From positions 32,031 through 96,030 of the forward strand of contig JBJTQJ010000014.1 in NCBI GenBank assembly GCA_046075565.1: a stretch of DNA of 64,000 nt, read 5' to 3'. The notes beneath the pieces are model-generated. The model had not been told where the DNA came from. It did not search any database and saw nothing but the letters and a program-made list of their open reading frames with translations. This DNA comes from Verrucomicrobiales bacterium. Its GTDB lineage: Bacteria; Verrucomicrobiota; Verrucomicrobiia; Verrucomicrobiales; SLCJ01. Made by a program: the position numbers and the translations under genes. Position 1 is the first letter of the stretch, and each line of letters begins with the position of its first letter. Below are positions 52,457-61,187 of this stretch, piece after piece.

Positions 52457-54550
52457 TCACGGCTTGACCGTGGAATTTGATCCCATCGCGCGGGGACCGG
52501 ATGTCTTGACGACCTCAGACCAGACCGGTCGAGCGCTCGCAGCGCCCAGAGGATCTTCCTCATTCCCGGACACTTGCAGCCGGTCTTCCGGACCTCCTTC
52601 AACCGCGAAGGCCTTCTTCTGGCGGCCCGTGTCGGCGAAACGATTGTTCCGAAAGATGTTATTCCCCGGGGTTATGCGGTCGGTAGCAAGGAAATCCTTC
52701 AATTCCGGGTAGGCGGCGGTGCGGACGCGGGCGTCGGGAGATGAGAGAATCTTCTCCCAGTTTTTCCGAATCCCCGGATACATGTCCTTGCCCCAGGTAT
52801 TGAGGAAAAAACTCATCTGCAATGGCAGCGTGCAGTCCCTGAATCCATTCGCCTCGATAATGTTATGATCTCCACCGTGGATCATGACTGTCCAGTCGCC
52901 ATCTTCGCCACCAATCCCATCGAAGAGATTCCCTTGCACGAGGACGCCGTTGGTCCCGTTGTCGATGTAAACCGCCGAGCGCCGTCCTCCCTGACGTCCG
53001 ATATCCATGAACACGTTATCACGCACCACCGTGCCCCGGCGCAGCGGGTTTTCCCCGAGGTTGAAGTAAACCGCGCCCATATCGCGGAAGTCCAGACATG
53101 TCCTGCGGAAAAGATTGCGCTCGATGATAAAATTATTGCCCTTCACTTCGATGGCGACATGGGGCAATCCTTCGAACAAACAACCGCGAACAATATGCCC
53201 CGCGCCCTCGAGCATGATGGCGGGACGGAACACCTTGTTCCACCAGGACAGTCGTTGGAATGAACAATGCTCGACCAGATGTTCGGAGGACTTCAATTCC
53301 ACTTCATCCCCGCCCTTGAGAAGAATGCCTCCCGCGCCCAATTCTTCAAACCGGCAATCGCGGAAGGTGATGGACTGACCATCCACGACCGCGCCATAAC
53401 CGGCCGCGTCTTGGAATCCGCATCGGGAAACCACGAACCCATTCACACTTTCGGCTTGGAGAAGGTGGCCGCGCGATCCCTCGAACTCCACGCCTTCGAT
53501 GGAAATCCCCGAAGCCTCACGGACCAGCAGCAATGGAGGTTCACCGCCCAGCAACCGCATGTTGTTGGTGCCTTTTTCCTTTGCTGCCGGTGGCCAGAAG
53601 ACAATGCGTTTTCCAGTCACATCGAGGTGGTATTCACCGGGTTTGGAAATTTCGCAGAGGGCATTGGTGATCCTGAACCATGGGTGCATCCATTCTTCCA
53701 TGCGGATCCCATCGACCTCGCCATAGGCGAGCCGGAATTCCGACTTCGCCACGTCGATTCCAGCAATGCGGTTGAAACTCCATACCCAATCCTGGCAGAG
53801 CACCCCTTCGAGCCAGAGATCTTTTTCCGCAACCCATGCCGACATCCGGGCGTGGCGGAAGCGGAAGGTCCCGCCGCGTTTGTAAAAGTCGGGCCCGCCT
53901 TCGCCATCACGGGTGGGTCCACGTTCGACGACCGCCTCCGGCCGGGCCGTGCCCACATCAGGCCATTGCGCAAGGGTGAGACGCTCCCTTCCCGAGTAAA
54001 GCAACCACGGGGCGATCTTCTCGATTTCGACGGCATTGAACCCCCGGCGGCTGAGTTCACCGGGATTGCCATCGGCGATCCTTGAGAGATCAATGACTCG
54101 CACGTGGGCTCTCGCTTCTTGCGACAAGCGGGCGAGCGTTTCCGCATCAGGTACCGAAACCGCTTCCGCCAGCACGGGAAGAAATCCACTGAGCACTGTC
54201 CCCTTCTCACCCCAGATGGTCAGGTTCCCTCGATCCGGACCGCTGTGTTTGCCTTCAATCACCCCGATCTTTTTCATCCTGTGAGTGCCGGCGTTCAGGT
54301 GGATGGTTCCATCGCCATTGGGACGCCCGGCCGCCGCCTTCAGTGCGCGTTCGAGCGAGCGGAAGGGTTCTGCCGCCGTGCCGGGGGAGGCATCGTTGCC
54401 GAGGGCATCGACATGAACCTCCCGTAAGTCCTGAGCATGAACCACCGAAACCAATCCGCTGCAGACAAACCAGGCGGCGAAAACAAAAGCGAGCCCCATG
54501 CGGAGACCAAAGGTCAAATGCGGAAGAAGCAGACTGGAACGTGCTTTCAT
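52457..54550 (-). CDS. secreted right-handed parallel beta-helix protein
   Basis: signal peptide; GNDASPGTAAEPFRSL and repeated beta-helix turns (DMGAVY, VYIDNG); ATGA overlap with upstream gene. Confidence 0.8.
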   Translation of the reverse strand: MKARSSLLLPHLTFGLRMGLAFVFAAWFVCSGLVSVVHAQDLREVHVDALGNDASPGTAAEPFRSLERALKAAAGRPNGDGTIHLNAGTHRMKKIGVIEGKHSGPDRGNLTIWGEKGTVLSGFLPVLAEAVSVPDAETLARLSQEARAHVRVIDLSRIADGNPGELSRRGFNAVEIEKIAPWLLYSGRERLTLAQWPDVGTARPEAVVERGPTRDGEGGPDFYKRGGTFRFRHARMSAWVAEKDLWLEGVLCQDWVWSFNRIAGIDVAKSEFRLAYGEVDGIRMEEWMHPWFRITNALCEISKPGEYHLDVTGKRIVFWPPAAKEKGTNNMRLLGGEPPLLLVREASGISIEGVEFEGSRGHLLQAESVNGFVVSRCGFQDAAGYGAVVDGQSITFRDCRFEELGAGGILLKGGDEVELKSSEHLVEHCSFQRLSWWNKVFRPAIMLEGAGHIVRGCLFEGLPHVAIEVKGNNFIIERNLFRRTCLDFRDMGAVYFNLGENPLRRGTVVRDNVFMDIGRQGGRRSAVYIDNGTNGVLVQGNLFDGIGGEDGDWTVMIHGGDHNIIEANGFRDCTLPLQMSFFLNTWGKDMYPGIRKNWEKILSSPDARVRTAAYPELKDFLATDRITPGNNIFRNNRFADTGRQKKAFAVEGGPEDRLQVSGNEEDPLGAASARPVWSEVVKTSGPRAMGSNSTVKP

Positions 54551-57500
54551 CTGCTGAGAATACGGACGCGGATGACACATGCGGTGAAGCCGGCGAGGAT
54601 GAATCCGATCAAAACAACCAGATTCGCTTTCATGGTGTCCCACTCGCGGAAGAAGTATATTTTCTTCGATCCGAAAAAGACATTCGGCATAATGGCGCGG
54701 CGGTTGTCGGTGCGCTCGATCTCCGCTTTCTCATAGAGCAGCCTCGTCTTCTCGTTCCAATAGACATCACGCGCCTTAATGCCTGTTTGATCCCGGAGTC
54801 GCCGGGCCATCTTTTCCGGATCGAGCGTTCCGTTGGCATAATCGAGACCGAATTCCCGCACGAGACGCGAGACATCTTTGGCATCGCGTCCTCTCATCAT
54901 GACCAGCGGGATACGCGCCTCCTTGAGGAGTTCCAGCCTTGCTTCTTCTTCTTTTGTCGCCGTTCCCTTGGGTATTTCCTTGAGCTGGTTCGTCTCAAGA
55001 TCCACGGCATCGAGCAGACGGGACAACGGATTCGCGCGCGCCTGGGCCAGCACCATGCCCTCGTAGGCCCAGCGCAGGGGCATGAGTTCGCAGAGGGCGG
55101 GAACTTGCAGCTTGCTGGGCGCATGCTCCTCCGTGCCTCGCCAGCGGGTGAAACTGGAAAGAAAATCCAGATCGCGGTTCATCTCCTCGTATTTGATCAA
55201 GGCCCCGCCGAGAATGATCTGCGGGATCAACACGAGCGGGATGATATTGAGCGCGGTTTTGGCATCGCGCACGGTCGCGGAGATGAAAAGCCCGGTCACC
55301 ACGCCGGAGAGGTTCGCCAGGAACATCCACAACAAATGAAAATGGGTCATGTCACGGATGCCGAGAATCGCGTTCCCGATCACAAGATAAAGAGAACATT
55401 GGATGAGCGAGAACACGGAGAGACTCGCGACCTTGGCCCCGACATAATAGAAATTCCGGCGGTGGTGGTTACGTTCCCGGCGCAAGATGGCCCGGTCGCG
55501 GATGATTTCATCCGCGCTATTGGTGAGGCCGAGGAACATCGCCACGACCAGACTGAGGAAGAGATAGGTGGGAATGTGGAAGGCGCTTCCGAAGTTATAC
55601 GGACCGTCTTCGGAAAACCGCATGGTCATGGCCACGAGCACGGCTAGCGCGGGCGCCTCCACGAGGGTGGTGGCCAGATTCGCCTTGTTGCGCAACTTGG
55701 CTAGAAAGCTTCGTTTGAGTTGGGTGAACCATTGGACCATCTCGTCGCGCATGCCCGGTGTCGGCGGTTTCGGCAACGGGCGCGGCCCCTCCCCTCCTTC
55801 GGTCTCCGCACGAATCACCGGGCGCGAGAGTTCTTCGAGCAACCGGTGGGCTTGGAAGCGGTCGCGCCAGTAGACGGGTGGAAAGCGCCGGGCCGGCCGC
55901 AAGCGCCCGCGATGGTCTTCCTCGTGAATCACATCCCCGGATGGATCGAGCACGGGTGTCTCCAACACATCAAAAATGAACTCAGGCTGACGGCGCGTGC
56001 CCTCCACACCTGCTTCATGGGCCGGGACCCCGGGTAATTTCACTCCTTCCTCGGCATACGCTTCGTTGAAGTAGTCCAGCATCTCCGAAGGTGTGCCGGA
56101 AAAAGCAAGACGTCCGCCGTGGTCGAGCAGGACCGCCTTGTGGAACATGTGGAAAAGCCGCGCGCTCGGCTGGTGGATCGAAACAAGGATGATCTTGTTG
56201 TGCGCCATGCCCCGGATGATCTCGAGCACGTTCTCGGAGTCTTTTGAAGAGAGCCCGGAAGTTGGTTCATCGAAAAGATAAATGTCGGAGATCCCGATCA
56301 CATCCATGCCGATGTTGAGGCGTTTGCGCTCCCCATGCGAGAGCACCTTGTGTTCGGGGTCGCCTGGCAGGCGGTCCCGCCGCTCTTTGAGGGAGAGCTC
56401 GGCAAGCTTCGCCTCGATCCGGCGCTGGCGCTCCGCCCTGGAGAAGTGGGGAGCGCGCACGGCCGAGGCGGTAGCCAGGTTTTCCTCAACGGTCAACAAC
56501 GGGTCAAAGCCCTCTTCGTGCGGCATGAAGGCGATATACCGCCTCAGTTCGTCCGTCCGACCATAGAGTCCGATGCCGTTGAGCAGGACATTGCCCTGAT
56601 CGGGGGCGAGTTGTCCGGAGAGGATGCGCAACAAGGTTGATTTCCCGCATCCGCTCGGCCCCATCACACAAATCATCTCCCCGCGCCGGGCTTCGAAGGA
56701 AACGGAATCGAGCGCGCTCTCGCGCCGGTTGAATGCATGCGAAACATCCTTCACTTCCAGACGGGAAATGATGTTGCGCTCTTCCTCGATGATCCGGTCG
56801 CTGAAATGACACCGCAGGAATTGATCCTCGCTCAAGGCCAAGGTTTCCCCATCCTCGACGAGCACCCGCGTGCGCACCGGCAGTCCTTCGAGCAGGATCG
56901 GGCGCGGTGATTCGAGCACTTCGACTTGTCCGCTCTTGCGATCATAGTCGCATTCGATGCGGAGCAGGATATCGCCGGGTGCGCCGGGCGCGAGCAGGAT
57001 ATCGCCGGGCCGGAGCAATGCCGGGTTGTTAGAAACGAGATAGTCGGTGCGGTCCGCCACCAATTCGAAGCGACCGCCCATGTCCCTGGCCCTTCGCCGC
57101 AGGTCCCCGAGCCGCACCGCATTCCCGCCCGGCAGGAGCAATGCCTCCCCGGGATTCACACGGATGGTCTCGCCCGGTTCCAATTTCTTCCCGTTCAAGG
57201 TGATGGCCGTGGGTTTCAGCGCCTTGATTTCGGTGGTGAGTCCGAAGCCGACCTCGATGATGCTCTGTTTCGAGCGTTTGCGCTCGACGGTGATTTGGTT
57301 GCCCCGGCCAACATACAGGAAAACACTGCTGGCGGAGAGATCGCGACGGGCATTGAAATAGAACAACAACTCCTGAAAAGCGATGGTCACCTCGCCGAGA
57401 TAAAGCTGCTGTCCCTCGTAGAGCCGGCTGAAGCCGCCCGGTTCCACCGCCCTACCCCGGACGACAATTTGTTGCTCACCGATATTCTTGAGCAACACAA

Positions 57501-58146
57501 GGTTCCGGTAACGGAAGACCGCCACCTTCACATCCGAGGGCAGATTTTCCAGCCGCACATCACTGTCCTCGCCCGGTCCCACCACCAGCGATTCCAGCGG
57601 TGAGCCCATACCTTCGGGCAAGGGTTGGGCGGGCCCGCCCCGGGCGTTGAGCTGATAGACGATATCGATCGCCTCTCCCGCGATGCCCAGCGCCGTCATG
57701 AACCGGTAGAAGACCGCCAACGCACCGGTGCGCATGCCCGAACGCGAGACCAACATGTAGAGCCGCACGCCGAGGAGGATTTTTTCCTCCATACTCAGCC
57801 GGTTGGCCAACGAATCGGCGATCACATCCAAATCACGAGGGTCCTGCAATGCCGCCAGATAACGGGCACGGAGTTCACCATAAAAGGATTCCGGATAATC
57901 GTAGCGAAGGAAACCGAGTATCGAATCAACCTCCACTTCGTCAATCTCGCCATCCACCCTCGTAAAGGCGGCAAAGACATGGATCAGGTCGGGCAGGTTC
58001 GATTGGATGACCGGCGCGGCGGTGGGCCGGAAGAAGCGCACTAGTCGTTCGAGTCTCCGCCGCAGGGGATTGACCCCGAACAATCGACCGAAGGACCGGG
58101 GAAGGGTCGGCTGCGGGTCCGGTGGGCTGGCGGGAGAATTCGGCAT
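54547..58146 (-). CDS. fused ABC exporter: TerB-like domain, FHA-like region, ABC ATPase and ABC-2 permease
   Basis: FTRVDGEIDEVE; beta-rich middle region; GPSGCGKST, LSHGERKR, FDEPTSGL and SIHQP; C-terminal TMs with LIPQIILGG. Confidence 0.8.
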   Translation of the reverse strand: MPNSPASPPDPQPTLPRSFGRLFGVNPLRRRLERLVRFFRPTAAPVIQSNLPDLIHVFAAFTRVDGEIDEVEVDSILGFLRYDYPESFYGELRARYLAALQDPRDLDVIADSLANRLSMEEKILLGVRLYMLVSRSGMRTGALAVFYRFMTALGIAGEAIDIVYQLNARGGPAQPLPEGMGSPLESLVVGPGEDSDVRLENLPSDVKVAVFRYRNLVLLKNIGEQQIVVRGRAVEPGGFSRLYEGQQLYLGEVTIAFQELLFYFNARRDLSASSVFLYVGRGNQITVERKRSKQSIIEVGFGLTTEIKALKPTAITLNGKKLEPGETIRVNPGEALLLPGGNAVRLGDLRRRARDMGGRFELVADRTDYLVSNNPALLRPGDILLAPGAPGDILLRIECDYDRKSGQVEVLESPRPILLEGLPVRTRVLVEDGETLALSEDQFLRCHFSDRIIEEERNIISRLEVKDVSHAFNRRESALDSVSFEARRGEMICVMGPSGCGKSTLLRILSGQLAPDQGNVLLNGIGLYGRTDELRRYIAFMPHEEGFDPLLTVEENLATASAVRAPHFSRAERQRRIEAKLAELSLKERRDRLPGDPEHKVLSHGERKRLNIGMDVIGISDIYLFDEPTSGLSSKDSENVLEIIRGMAHNKIILVSIHQPSARLFHMFHKAVLLDHGGRLAFSGTPSEMLDYFNEAYAEEGVKLPGVPAHEAGVEGTRRQPEFIFDVLETPVLDPSGDVIHEEDHRGRLRPARRFPPVYWRDRFQAHRLLEELSRPVIRAETEGGEGPRPLPKPPTPGMRDEMVQWFTQLKRSFLAKLRNKANLATTLVEAPALAVLVAMTMRFSEDGPYNFGSAFHIPTYLFLSLVVAMFLGLTNSADEIIRDRAILRRERNHHRRNFYYVGAKVASLSVFSLIQCSLYLVIGNAILGIRDMTHFHLLWMFLANLSGVVTGLFISATVRDAKTALNIIPLVLIPQIILGGALIKYEEMNRDLDFLSSFTRWRGTEEHAPSKLQVPALCELMPLRWAYEGMVLAQARANPLSRLLDAVDLETNQLKEIPKGTATKEEEARLELLKEARIPLVMMRGRDAKDVSRLVREFGLDYANGTLDPEKMARRLRDQTGIKARDVYWNEKTRLLYEKAEIERTDNRRAIMPNVFFGSKKIYFFREWDTMKANLVVLIGFILAGFTACVIRVRILSR

Positions 58147-58183
58147 TTTCGTGATCGGGCGCGCCCGTGCCGCAAGGCCGAGA

Positions 58184-58795
58184 TTACGCGGGTGGTCCCC
58201 ACCAGAGGATGGCGCAGACCAGAATCAGCACACCGTAAACCAAACCACCCGCGCAAAGCAACCTCCAGCGTCCGGTCGTGGCCGTGCCCCAGTTGACTTG
58301 ATCCCGCATGAGATACGGCATACCCACCCAGAAAAGACCTTTGATGATCGCGGCGTAGGCCAGGACCACCAGCAGCAATCGCGACTGTGGTTCCTTCAAA
58401 AAGGCCGCGTCGAGGGGAACCGCCGCCGCGAGGAGCAGCAGGCATCCGAGCGCCCGGACCGCCAGGAATTCGTCACAATACAGGATGACCAGAAACACCG
58501 CCAACGGCACCACGATCATCAGGAAAGGGCGCAGGTGGTAAAACTCGCCAAGATCCATTTTGGGAATATTGATCACCCCGAGATTCAGGCCTTTGAAAAG
58601 AAAGAATGCCCACAGTCCGGACACCACGAGCAGGATCTGCCCGGCGAGGGTCGAAAAAGGAAACTTCTTCAGCCAATTGCGCACGAGGTCGCCTTTCACC
58701 AGCGCGAAAGCATGGGAAGCAACCAGCCACGCACCCACGGCGATGCCCACCGTGCGCAACCCTGTCGGACTCTGATTCAGCGTATCGTAAATCAC
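58184..58795 (-). CDS. hypothetical multi-pass membrane protein
   Basis: about six hydrophobic segments; same orientation as neighbours. Confidence 0.75.
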   Translation of the reverse strand: MIYDTLNQSPTGLRTVGIAVGAWLVASHAFALVKGDLVRNWLKKFPFSTLAGQILLVVSGLWAFFLFKGLNLGVINIPKMDLGEFYHLRPFLMIVVPLAVFLVILYCDEFLAVRALGCLLLLAAAVPLDAAFLKEPQSRLLLVVLAYAAIIKGLFWVGMPYLMRDQVNWGTATTGRWRLLCAGGLVYGVLILVCAILWWGPPA

Positions 58796-58874
58796 CCGGC
58801 AAATGGACCCTCATTTCGGCAAAAGAAAAGCGAAATCAACATTCGGCACCCGCCAGTTCCCCTCCCGCCGCCCC

Positions 58875-59570
58875 TCAACCCCAGTCACCGATACGGGAAT
58901 CGAGGTTGATGACTTGTCCGCTGATGTGCGTGCAGGTGGCTAGAAAAACAATGGCTCGCGCGCTTTCGGCGACGGTGGTGAATCGGCCGAGGGCATGGGC
59001 GGCCAGTGCCTTTTGCTTGACCGCCTCGGGCAGTTGGCGGGTCATTTTCGTTTCCAGAAAGCCGGGGAGAATCATATTGGCCCGGATGTTCTTTCGCCCG
59101 TATTCCAGGGCAAGGGAACGGGTCCAGCCGATGAGGGCGGCTTTGGCGGCAGCATAGTTCGTCTGGCCAACCGCTCCCGCCAGGGCGGAAAAGGACCCGA
59201 TGGAAAGGATGGATCCTCCGCCGGAGCGGAGCATGCCCGGCAGAACGGCCCGGGCGCAGCGCACCGCCCCGCGGAAGTCGGCCTCCATTACCTCATCCCA
59301 AGCCGCTTCGTCCATACGGGCGAGCGGGTTATCTCGGGTGAGCCCGGCACAATTGACGAGCAGGGTGCAATTTTTCACACCGCGAAAGAAGCCCTCGACC
59401 GAAGCCGGGGACGTGACATCGAGTTCGGCGCGTCCCGGAGCATGGCAGACCCAGCCGGCGGCGCGCAGTTCCTTCATGATGACGCCACCGAGATCGCCAG
59501 CACCGCCCGTCACGACCGCACAAACGGTTTCCTCGGGTCTGTTCTCGGGCTGGGCGCTGGTGGATTCCAT
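58875..59570 (-). CDS. SDR family oxidoreductase (FabG-like)
   Basis: TGGAGDLG, VNCAG, YAAAK and PGFLET; start uncertain. Confidence 0.88.
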   Translation of the reverse strand: MESTSAQPENRPEETVCAVVTGGAGDLGGVIMKELRAAGWVCHAPGRAELDVTSPASVEGFFRGVKNCTLLVNCAGLTRDNPLARMDEAAWDEVMEADFRGAVRCARAVLPGMLRSGGGSILSIGSFSALAGAVGQTNYAAAKAALIGWTRSLALEYGRKNIRANMILPGFLETKMTRQLPEAVKQKALAAHALGRFTTVAESARAIVFLATCTHISGQVINLDSRIGDWG

Positions 59571-59653
59571 ACAATGACTAGCTTGCACCGGGATTCCCCT
59601 GCCGCCAAGCGCGGACATTTGACAAACCTCTCCCCCTCCCCCAACCTGCGGGC

Positions 59654-60079
59654 ATGTCATTTCCCCTCCGTTCTCCACGCGCCGCTGTCGGCGGCATCAT
59701 GGTTCTCGGCCGTATCCTCGATAAAATCCGTCTCCAGGCTAAAGGCGGACTGCCACATGGCTACCATCTCGGGGTGATTGAAGGCAAACGCACCTTCGAC
59801 GACCGCATCTGCCGGTTTCTGGGGGTGAATTTCGATGCCCTGAGTGAACGGGTATTGGCAGGGGGCACGGATGAGGAAATCCTCAATTGGTGTTTCGAAA
59901 CCGGTCGTCGTCCCGACGCCGAATAGATCGAAATCTTCAACGGCTTCATGAGCAAACGCGGCTGGCGCGACGCGGCCACCGCCGGTCTAACCGAACAAAA
60001 GGCCGCCGCCGGCTTGGCCGGAAGAGAAGATATCCTTACCTTCTTCGACCTCATGGATGCGGAAGAAGGCCGGGCATAA
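59654..60079 (+). pseudogene. DUF5069-like protein with in-frame TAG at 59924-59926
   Basis: LRSPR..GRILDKIRL..GGTDEEILNWCF; frame continues after TAG as IEIFNGFMSKRGWRD..TFFDLMDAEEGRA to TAA at 60077-60079. Confidence 0.75.
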
Positions 60080-60093
60080 GCAGCACTGCCCGC

Positions 60094-60624
60094 TCACTTC
60101 GGAGAAATGACCACGCTATCGGCGCGATAGACGACTTTCGCGTTCGCACCTTCGGCGAGATATTCCAGGGCCGAGGTGGCCGGAATGTTGTTCAAATCGA
60201 TCGCGCTCACTTCGGACTCATGCAGTTTGCCCGTGGGATCCATGATGAGGATGTTTACCGGCACTTGTTTTTCGCCGAGTTTGCGGCGGATGACACCGAC
60301 GGCATCGCGGAAGGACTCACCGTCGAATTTCACCTTGTCGAGATTCACGGCCGCGAGTTCCGGTTTGATGGCCTGGCGGGCGGCGGCCTTTTTCGAATCA
60401 TTGATGCGCGTGACCAAATCCAAGGTTGGAATGTGATTCGGCACGGCGGTCAGGACACGGCGGCTGACCGCTTCGGCGGTGGCGACATCGCCGGATTCAA
60501 AGGCCTTCGAGGCGGACCGGTGGAGATCCTCGATGGTTGGTTCGGCGGCAGTCGCGGGACTGGCAAGGGCAAGGGCGGCTAGTGCGGAGAACCAGCCGTG
60601 GCAGAGAGGCAAGAGGCGTTTCAT
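60094..60624 (-). CDS. secreted hypothetical protein (TPR-like helix plus secretin/STN-like domain)
   Basis: signal peptide; DKVKFDGESFRDAV and IDLNNIPATSALEYLAE pattern. Confidence 0.6.
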   Translation of the reverse strand: MKRLLPLCHGWFSALAALALASPATAAEPTIEDLHRSASKAFESGDVATAEAVSRRVLTAVPNHIPTLDLVTRINDSKKAAARQAIKPELAAVNLDKVKFDGESFRDAVGVIRRKLGEKQVPVNILIMDPTGKLHESEVSAIDLNNIPATSALEYLAEGANAKVVYRADSVVISPK

Positions 60625-60669
60625 GGCCCCCTTCTAGCAGGAACGGCGGCCAATCGGCAAGAAAAAAAC

Positions 60670-61044
60670 TCACGCCTCGTTCCAATCGAGCGCGCCTTTG
60701 CGCAGGATATAGAGGTAGGCAATAAAAAGGATGCCGACGAATCCGAGGGCGCTCCAGAACGGTGCCATGGAGTGCTGGATCATGTCCTGGAATTGGACCG
60801 CCCATGGATAGAGGAAGACGACCTCGATGTCGAAGAGCACGAAAAGCATGGCCACGAGGTAGAACTTCACGCTGAACCGCGGCTGGGAGGGGCCGATGGG
60901 CAACATGCCGCACTCGTAGGGGGAATCCTTGGTCTGGGTGCGCTTCCCGCTGCGACCGAGCAGCACGCTCAACAGGAGCACGGTGGCGGCGAAGCCGACG
61001 GCAATCAGGATCTGGAGAAGGACGGGGATGAAGTCGCTCTGCAT
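60670..61044 (-). CDS. nuoA: NADH-quinone oxidoreductase subunit A
   Basis: PYECG, FYLVAMLFVLFDIEVVFLYPWA and KGALDW. Confidence 0.96.
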   Translation of the reverse strand: MQSDFIPVLLQILIAVGFAATVLLLSVLLGRSGKRTQTKDSPYECGMLPIGPSQPRFSVKFYLVAMLFVLFDIEVVFLYPWAVQFQDMIQHSMAPFWSALGFVGILFIAYLYILRKGALDWNEA

Positions 61045-61187
61045 GCGCGTGAAATCTGGCCTGTGCGGGCATTTTGCGCAAGCCCGAATCCATGCCCCCG
61101 GGCGGGGGAATCCGCGGGAAAAAACCCGGTCAAAATGTCCACCCGGGGCTTGCTTGCCCGCCGGGGCTCGCCATAGTTCCAAGACCC

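Noticed and set aside
59924-59926. Pyrrolysine or genetic-code reassignment of TAG
   Set aside because: Other genes (e.g. those ending at 3303, 7138 and 40119) use TAG as a normal stop; no pyl genes in the window.
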